Assembly: GCA_963677495.2 (NCBI GenBank)
Contig: CAXXOU010000004.1
Location: 1,280,001-1,344,000 of the forward strand
Reading direction: 5' to 3'
Source of the DNA: Candidatus Cloacimonadales bacterium
GTDB lineage: Bacteria > Cloacimonadota > Cloacimonadia > Cloacimonadales > JAFGVF01
DNA: 64,000 nt
Shown piece after piece: positions 57,454 through 64,000 of this stretch. How positions within the stretch are numbered: position 1 is the first letter of the stretch; each line of letters starts with the position of its first letter. The translations under genes and the position numbers were made by a program. The notes under the pieces were generated by a model that did no database searches, was not told where the DNA came from, and was given only the letters and a program-made list of their open reading frames with translations.

Positions 57454-57613
57454 AGACTGTACCATTTTTAAATGCCAAACTGTACCAATTTAAAATGCCA
57501 TTGACAATCATTAGTATTCGTTTAATTCAACAATAACTTGACTTGATAAGCTCTGCTTGACAGATTGAGCATCTCTAAAATTTTGAGAAAAAGTAAGTTA
57601 TAGGAAATATAGA

Positions 57614-58957
57614 ATGAGAAAACAGATAGTAGCAATAGTGGGACGCCCAAACGTTGGTAAGTCCACGCTCTTTAATAGATTATGCAAAAAACGTAAAGCA
57701 ATTATAGACTTTGAGCCCGGTATAACCAGGGATCGCAAGTATGAAGATGTTGTCTGGAACGGGAAGAAATTCACAATCATTGATACTGGTGGAATTGTAG
57801 CAGATTCAGATGAGCCAATGGATAAACATATCCAGCATCAGGCTGACATTGCGATTGAAGAAGCTGACTGGATACTATTCGTAGTCGAAGCGAAGACAGG
57901 TGTCACTGACCTTGATATGATGCTTGCTCAACGCCTTATGCCGTTCAGAGATAAGGTTATGCTTGTTGCTAACAAGGTAGATAATGATAAAGATGAGCTA
58001 GAGATCTATGAGTTCATGCAGTTAGGTTTTGGAGAAGCTTTCCCAATCGCAGCAAATGCTGGTAGAAATACAGGTAACTTCCTTGATGAACTGCTTGAGC
58101 TTATGCCTGAAACTATCGATGATGACTATGTTGTTCATGATGATCGAATTCAGATAGCTATCGTTGGAAAACCAAATGTGGGCAAAAGCTCTATTACAAA
58201 TTGCTTACTTGGCGAACAACAGCTTATAGTTTCAGATATTCCCGGTACAACTCGTGATTCAATTGACTCAGTTATCAAGTATTATGGTAAAGAGTATGTG
58301 CTTGTTGATACAGCCGGATTACGACGTAAATCTAAAGTTAAATATGGTGTTGAATACTTCAGCTCAATGAGAACAATTGATTCGATTGACAGAGCTGATG
58401 TAGTTGTCCTTGTGATTTCTGCTGATGAAGAGATTTCTAATCAAGAACAGAGGATCTCCTCTTATGTTAGAAGAAAGTATAAAGACCTTATTGTCGTGGT
58501 TAATAAATGGGATCTTCCAGAGAAAGACAATGCAACGACAGGTAAGTTCATCAAGAAGATTAGAGAAGAACTCTCATTCATCGACTATGCTCCAATATTA
58601 TTCGTATCTGCCAAGACAACACAAAGAATCCATAAAATTATGGAGACAGTTGTTTCTGTGAGTGATGAATCCAATAAGCGTGTTACTACATCAATGCTTA
58701 ATAACTTCTTGGAAAAAGTTGTATATAGACATCAGCCTTCACATAAGACAGGTAAAAGAATTAAGTTTTTCTATATCACACAAGCAGGTGTTCATCCACC
58801 AACATTCATATTCTTCTGTAATGATGCAACCTTAATCAAAGAGGAATACAAGCGTTACCTTCACAACCAGATTAGACGAGAATTCGGATTTGAAGGTGCA
58901 ACAATCAAACTCATTTTCAAAGGACGTAAAGAAGATGATTTTTCTACTGAGTATTAG
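57614..58957 (+). CDS. der: Ribosome biogenesis GTPase Der (EngA)
   Basis: Two G-domains (GRPNVGKS/DTGG/NKVD and GKPNVGKS/DTAG/NKWD) plus a KH-like C-terminus. Confidence 0.97.
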   Translation: MRKQIVAIVGRPNVGKSTLFNRLCKKRKAIIDFEPGITRDRKYEDVVWNGKKFTIIDTGGIVADSDEPMDKHIQHQADIAIEEADWILFVVEAKTGVTDLDMMLAQRLMPFRDKVMLVANKVDNDKDELEIYEFMQLGFGEAFPIAANAGRNTGNFLDELLELMPETIDDDYVVHDDRIQIAIVGKPNVGKSSITNCLLGEQQLIVSDIPGTTRDSIDSVIKYYGKEYVLVDTAGLRRKSKVKYGVEYFSSMRTIDSIDRADVVVLVISADEEISNQEQRISSYVRRKYKDLIVVVNKWDLPEKDNATTGKFIKKIREELSFIDYAPILFVSAKTTQRIHKIMETVVSVSDESNKRVTTSMLNNFLEKVVYRHQPSHKTGKRIKFFYITQAGVHPPTFIFFCNDATLIKEEYKRYLHNQIRREFGFEGATIKLIFKGRKEDDFSTEY

Positions 58958-59573
58958 TATTGCATATATCCTTGGGAGTATCCCGTTTAGCTTTTTAGCA
59001 GGAAAGATTCTTAGAGGAATCGATATTAGAGAGCATGGTAGTGGCAATGCCGGTGCGACAAACACTCTTAGAGTATTGGGGACAGTACCTGGCGTAGTAG
59101 TACTATTACTGGATATGGCAAAAGGTATAGTTGCTGTTCTGATTGCTAAAGCTTTGATTAATGAGTGTAACGCTTTATATTATGAGCTACAGATAGTAGG
59201 TTGTGGTGTAATGGCTATTATTGGGCATATATTACCCGTTTTCCTTAAGTTTAAGGGCGGTAAAGGAGTTGCTACAACAGCAGGAGTATTCATGAGTTTA
59301 AGTACTGCACCTATCTTACTTGCATTACTTGTTTTTGTATTGACAGTAGCAATCTCGAAATATGTATCATTAGGTTCAATTCTAGCTGCTATCACAGCAT
59401 TCAGTATTGAGCTTTATAGAAACATTCAGGGTGAGTTTAATCATCTCCCTACTCTTATCCTATTGGGAATAATGGTAATCTTTATAATCTATCGTCACAA
59501 GAGTAATATTAAGAGACTTCTGAACGGCAATGAAAATAAGATTAACTTTACTAAAAAAGGTAAAACTACCTAA
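58935..59573 (+). CDS. plsY: Glycerol-3-phosphate acyltransferase PlsY
   Basis: YILGSIP, GSGNAGATN, GH..P, FKGGKGVAT, RHKSNIKRL. Start moved to 58935. Confidence 0.95.
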   Translation: MIFLLSISIAYILGSIPFSFLAGKILRGIDIREHGSGNAGATNTLRVLGTVPGVVVLLLDMAKGIVAVLIAKALINECNALYYELQIVGCGVMAIIGHILPVFLKFKGGKGVATTAGVFMSLSTAPILLALLVFVLTVAISKYVSLGSILAAITAFSIELYRNIQGEFNHLPTLILLGIMVIFIIYRHKSNIKRLLNGNENKINFTKKGKTT

Positions 59574-59997
59574 TCATAGTTAGATTGAGCTGTAACCAAT
59601 AGTTACTAATAGATGCTAAACTATTGAAGAAGTTTTCTACTTCTATATCTTTTAGTACATAGCTGTTTGCACCTAATTGATAACAACGCTTTACATCAGA
59701 TTTTTCATCTGAAGATGATAGTATAACAACTGGAATACTTTCAGTTACTTCGTTCTGTTTAAGGTATGTCAATACTTCAATTCCATTGATCTTTGGAAGT
59801 TTCAAATCGAGAATTATTAGTTTAGGATATTGAAACTTTTTGATAACCATCCTTTCTAGAAACTCTATTGCCTCTTCACCATCAGTCATAATCTCAACAT
59901 TAATATCCGGATTATCTTTCTTTAAAGCTCTAATTATTAACTCTGCATCATAAAGGCTATCTTCAATAATTAGTATATCCATTGTAGCATATTTCAT
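59566..59997 (-). CDS. Single-domain response regulator (Rcp1-like)
   Basis: IIEDS, LIILDLKLPK, LSSS, GANSYVLK. Confidence 0.92.
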   Translation of the reverse strand: MKYATMDILIIEDSLYDAELIIRALKKDNPDINVEIMTDGEEAIEFLERMVIKKFQYPKLIILDLKLPKINGIEVLTYLKQNEVTESIPVVILSSSDEKSDVKRCYQLGANSYVLKDIEVENFFNSLASISNYWLQLNLTMIR

Positions 59998-62852
59998 TTT
60001 ACCTCCTTCGGTATAGAAAAATAGAATCTTGAGCCTTCTCCAAGTTTACTATGTGCCCAAACATCTCCGTAATGCTTATTTACGATATTCTTAACAATTG
60101 CAAGTCCAACTCCTGTACCCTCAAACTCTGAAGACTTATGCAATCTTTTAAAAACACCGAAGAGTTTATCTTTATATCTTTCATCGAATCCAACACCATT
60201 GTCTTCAATACAAAATTCGTACCTATCAACTAAATCTTTACCTTCAATTTTTATTATTGGTTTATCAACTGGAGCTGAGTACTTGATTGCATTGGATATT
60301 AGGTTTGACCAAACATGTTTAAACAATGCCGCATCACATTGAGTTTCAGGTAGATCATCGATCAATATTGTATATTTATCAATATTCTCATCACTATAAT
60401 TACTGATTAGAACTGATTCAATAATCTGTTTATGATTTGTTTGGTTAAATTTAACTTCTTCACGAGCAATTTGAGTTAACGATAGTAAATCTTTAATCAA
60501 GCAATCCATTTGACTGGAACTACTCTTTATGACATTAAGTAACCGAATTCCCTCCTCATCAAGATTTGTGGAATAGTCATTAATTAAGAATTGAGCAAAG
60601 CCATTTACAGCCCTTAGAGGAGTTCTAAGGTCATGTGCTACTGAATAAGCAAATGCTTCAAGTTCTTGATTAGCTAGCTTTAATTCTTTAGTTCTGTCTT
60701 CAACACGCTGCTCTAATTCATAGTTCAGAGACTGTATTTTTCTTTCAATATCCTTTCTCTGTGTTATGTCCATAGCTGTGAAGGTTATTTCCCCGTCTAT
60801 CTTGTTTAAAACTAGTGGTGTAGAGCTTAAAATAATATCAAGGACTTTTCCATCTTTTCTTATCATGTGAGTTTCAACAGTACCAGTTCCATTTTGTTTA
60901 ATTTGTTCATATTTCTCATTTCCAACAAATTCAAAATCTTCATAAGTCGGATATAAGATAGATGCATTTTTCCCAACCAACTCTTCATTCGTATAGCCTA
61001 ACATTTTACAGAAAGTTGGATTAACACTTTTCAAAATACGATTTTCAACAACACCAATTCCAACCGGAGACGCAGTAAAGATACTTTTCAAATGAGCTTC
61101 ACTATGTTCTAACTCTTTTAAAGCCTCTGCTCTTGTCGTAACATCATCATATAGAGCTACAATCTGGCCTGTTGGTATTTTAAATACTCTATTCTCATAC
61201 CAGTTTGCATAATTGTCATCATTATATACTTTAGCTGGATAAAACTTAGAGATACCGCTTTTAAACACTTCCTTAAATATGGGAATCAATCCAAATTCAT
61301 CAATATTAGGACGAAGTTCTTTCAGAGTTTTCCCCATAACTTCATCAAGAGTTTTTTTCTCAAGTTTAAGACTCATTTCATTAAAATATTCAACGACATA
61401 ATCATCCCCCGAAGAACCATCTCGCAGGACTTTATATATAGCCATTCCACTTGTCATGTTATCAAACAAACCTCTAAGCATTGCTTCTTGAGCTTTAAGT
61501 TCTCTTAGAGCTACCTTCTGAGCTGTAATCTCTGTAATGAATCCTTCGATCTTGAATTCACCGTTGTCTTCCATAAAACTGATCTTTGCATTCATACTCA
61601 GCCAGATTTTTTCTCTAGTTTTTGTGTAAGCTTCAAATTCAAAATGCCTTACTTCACCGACTCTTTTCATTTCCGAGAGAAACTCATCTCTTCTTTGTTT
61701 TTTGACATAAAGATGCTCTGATAGATTTTTAAAATGATCTAATAAATCTTTTTCACTTTCACAATGCATCATCTCAACTAATGCAGCATTTACAGATATG
61801 ACATATCCTTTAGAGCTAGTTTTAAAAATACCTACCGGTGCTTCATTAAAGAGCTTAGTATATGCTCTTTCTACTATACGTTTATTTAACTCAGCTTGAA
61901 TCTCCACTGTCTCGTCTTTGAAAGTACTGTGTGTGTGAGTAAACAGATTATTCTCATCATAAATCTTCCTGGATGAGTACAATACATAACAATATGTTCC
62001 ATTCTTTCTTAACAATCTCAACTTATAACTAACTGCGCTAGTACTATCTGTAATGTTATCTAATTCGCTCAATAGTTTCTTTTGGTCATCTTTGTGAACA
62101 TAATCTAAAAAACTTTTTCCTACTACTTCATTCTCATTGTAACCAAGTGCAGAAAGCCATGAGTGATTAACAGATATTATTTCCAAGTTTGGAGTCAAAG
62201 ACTCATACGCAAATGGAGCATTCCAGAAAAGTGAACGATACTGTTTTTCTTGTGTTTTAACCTGATCTTCTTTATGAGCTCTACTCTTTTGATTTTCAGC
62301 TATTGCTGATAGCAATATTGTTAGAGCAGGGAAAACTATAATTATCGTTAAATAAAGGGTTTTTATGACAGGAATACGTAACTGCTCAGGTAGCAGGAAT
62401 AATAAACCAAGCATTACTATGTGTGTTATCAAACTCACTGCAACAATCTTTATTACAGTATTTGTTAAATCCTTTTTGTTTTTAAAAATCAAGGAAGCAA
62501 TGTAACCAATAGATGCAGGACTAAGGATCATGAGTATACCAACAAATGTCCCAGTGCCACCAATTATTACTCTATATACAATGGTCATTACACAAGCAAT
62601 GATGGTTGGTATTAAGCCAAAATACAATCCTGAAACAGTAAGTAGGATTGTTCGAGTATCAAATCTTACACCTTCTTGATAACTCCAAGGTAATGACATC
62701 AGAGCAATACCAATTATACCTATAATTAAACCACTAACAAATTTTTGGGAAAGCAAAGTAGTTTTTATTCTACCTGCCAGTATATCATATAATAATCCAA
62801 CAGTTAATAACAACGATGCGTTTGCCAATAAGACTGATAGTGATACTTCCAT
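59994..62852 (-). CDS. Sensor histidine kinase: LytS-type membrane domain, multiple PAS domains, HisKA, HATPase
   Basis: RFDTR in TM region, PAS repeats, YSVAHDLRTPL, NLISNAIKY, DNGVGF, GTGVGLAI. Confidence 0.92.
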   Translation of the reverse strand: MEVSLSVLLANASLLLTVGLLYDILAGRIKTTLLSQKFVSGLIIGIIGIALMSLPWSYQEGVRFDTRTILLTVSGLYFGLIPTIIACVMTIVYRVIIGGTGTFVGILMILSPASIGYIASLIFKNKKDLTNTVIKIVAVSLITHIVMLGLLFLLPEQLRIPVIKTLYLTIIIVFPALTILLSAIAENQKSRAHKEDQVKTQEKQYRSLFWNAPFAYESLTPNLEIISVNHSWLSALGYNENEVVGKSFLDYVHKDDQKKLLSELDNITDSTSAVSYKLRLLRKNGTYCYVLYSSRKIYDENNLFTHTHSTFKDETVEIQAELNKRIVERAYTKLFNEAPVGIFKTSSKGYVISVNAALVEMMHCESEKDLLDHFKNLSEHLYVKKQRRDEFLSEMKRVGEVRHFEFEAYTKTREKIWLSMNAKISFMEDNGEFKIEGFITEITAQKVALRELKAQEAMLRGLFDNMTSGMAIYKVLRDGSSGDDYVVEYFNEMSLKLEKKTLDEVMGKTLKELRPNIDEFGLIPIFKEVFKSGISKFYPAKVYNDDNYANWYENRVFKIPTGQIVALYDDVTTRAEALKELEHSEAHLKSIFTASPVGIGVVENRILKSVNPTFCKMLGYTNEELVGKNASILYPTYEDFEFVGNEKYEQIKQNGTGTVETHMIRKDGKVLDIILSSTPLVLNKIDGEITFTAMDITQRKDIERKIQSLNYELEQRVEDRTKELKLANQELEAFAYSVAHDLRTPLRAVNGFAQFLINDYSTNLDEEGIRLLNVIKSSSSQMDCLIKDLLSLTQIAREEVKFNQTNHKQIIESVLISNYSDENIDKYTILIDDLPETQCDAALFKHVWSNLISNAIKYSAPVDKPIIKIEGKDLVDRYEFCIEDNGVGFDERYKDKLFGVFKRLHKSSEFEGTGVGLAIVKNIVNKHYGDVWAHSKLGEGSRFYFSIPKEVK

Positions 62853-63209
62853 TAGTTTTCCCCATTAATAATCATTATTCATAAAATATTCATAGAAGAA
62901 TAGATAGTCAAGCTTTTGTTATCGATAATTTGCATTTTATTGCACAATCTACTTAAAACACTTTCAAGTAGGTAGGAAATCTGTTTCTTTGTTTGCTCTT
63001 AAAATCCACTATCTTCCGAATCTAAAAACTTTGAATAATCATAATAGTACTATTTTATATTAGCATCTTCATTGTATAATTTACACGTTTTCTTACAATT
63101 TGCACTTCACTTCCATTTGAATCCATCTATTAACTAAGCTTGACTAAGATTAAGAAATATTGATTGACATTACTAAATATATTACTATCCTATAAGTTAG
63201 GGAGGATAT

Positions 63210-64000
63210 ATGAGACTCTTATTAGTTGTTTGTTTATTAAGTTCATTAGCTATACTGAACTCAATTAGTTTTGAGAATAGTATGTTGCAAATCATCGAAG
63301 ATGGTGAATTATCTCGAATTGAAGTAAAAGATGATTTGACGATATATGATTATTCGACTAACTATACCCCGGCTATACCGTTAAAGACCATTCACTTTCT
63401 TATTCCTAATGGGAAGAAGCTTAGCGATGTATCTGTCAAAGTTACTGATTATGAAATAATAGAGCTGGATATACCCTTAATGTGTGCTCCAGAACCAGTT
63501 ATAAACTCCACTAAAAGTATAGATGTTATAAATACTCCTTTCTTGGGTAATACTAATAACATACTGGTTAACTATTTTACAAATCAGGCAGGAGCAAACA
63601 GATTTGGATCTGTTACAGTGACCTCTGCTTTGTATGATTATATTGCTAAAAGGCTGAAAGTTCCCCAAACTTTTGAGGTCGAATACACTTTAGAAAGCAG
63701 TAGCTTTTCTCCTAATCCTCAAACGTTTAGTTCTAATCTAATTGCCCGTGAACTGAAGTTGTCAGATTCAAGAAACGATGAACCTGGGACCATTCTTTAT
63801 ATCGGGACTCAAGCAATTCTAAATGAAATGAGTGATCTCTTTGATTTTAGAAACTCACAAGGTTTTCAAGTTAGATTTGAATCATTAGCTAATATTTTGG
63901 CTATGAGTTCAGGTGTAGATGATGCTGCGAAGTTAAAAGAGTTTATCCGGACTGAATACTTAGTCTACAATATTGATCAAGTTACTCTTTTAGGTGATTA
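63210..64000 (+). CDS. Second C25-family protein, N-terminal part (runs off the window; absent from the ORF track)
   Basis: GGAGG RBS and ATG at 63210. Manual translation MRLLLVVCLL...PAIPLKTIHFLIP...FRNSQGFQV..GVDDAAKLKEFIR..VTLLGD stays open to the window end. Confidence 0.75.
   Translation, partial: MRLLLVVCLLSSLAILNSISFENSMLQIIEDGELSRIEVKDDLTIYDYSTNYTPAIPLKTIHFLIPNGKKLSDVSVKVTDYEIIELDIPLMCAPEPVINSTKSIDVINTPFLGNTNNILVNYFTNQAGANRFGSVTVTSALYDYIAKRLKVPQTFEVEYTLESSSFSPNPQTFSSNLIARELKLSDSRNDEPGTILYIGTQAILNEMSDLFDFRNSQGFQVRFESLANILAMSSGVDDAAKLKEFIRTEYLVYNIDQVTLLGD

Larger units (their letters stand above)
55147..57506 (+). mobile_element. IS21-family insertion sequence, copy 2 (2360 bp)
   Basis: Same termini as copy 1. 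8-bp target duplication ATCATTAG (55139-55146, 57507-57514). Confidence 0.97.

Noticed and set aside
24911..57506. Composite transposon bounded by the two IS21 copies
   Set aside because: Each IS has its own target duplication, and the enclosed DNA includes core genes (dnaX, nadE, tRNA).
3362..63668. Numerous 60-145 aa ORFs antisense to or nested in long genes
   Set aside because: Shadow ORFs of well-supported CDSs, with no independent motifs.

Overview
AT-rich bacterial chromosomal window, probably from a Cloacimonadota-like anaerobe. This is inferred from two C25 (gingipain-family) proteins and from secreted proteins ending in a YPNPFNP FlgD/T9SS-type C-terminal domain. Coding content: a large C25 protein; an ATPase + MscS pair; a 7-gene nucleobase-catabolism operon (XDH-type molybdoenzyme, fused PreT-PreA-like reductase, SsnA, YgeY, ThrC-like PLP enzyme, dihydropyrimidinase); an outer-membrane barrel gene; two near-identical 2360-bp IS21-family elements in opposite orientation; a 4-gene pseudokinase-PASTA / lipoprotein / LPP20 / PEGA operon; housekeeping genes (GT2, dnaX, tRNA-Pro(CGG), threonine dehydrogenase, aminotransferase, nadE, nifU-like, der, plsY); a CapA-family secreted protein; a SurE-cNMP fusion / AI-2E / serine palmitoyltransferase-like operon; DtxR-FeoA + FeoB; and a PAS histidine kinase with its response regulator. 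The intergenic regions are mosaics of non-coding palindromic repeats. They include an unusual class of 11-bp-phased, dyad-symmetric arrays that recurs with different core motifs, a 64-bp x5 tandem array and GTAG-type REP-like hairpins. The best candidates for undescribed biology are the variant purine/pyrimidine ring-degradation operon, the 11-bp-phased arrays and the pseudokinase-PASTA envelope operon. All calls come from motif recognition by eye; no searches were run.
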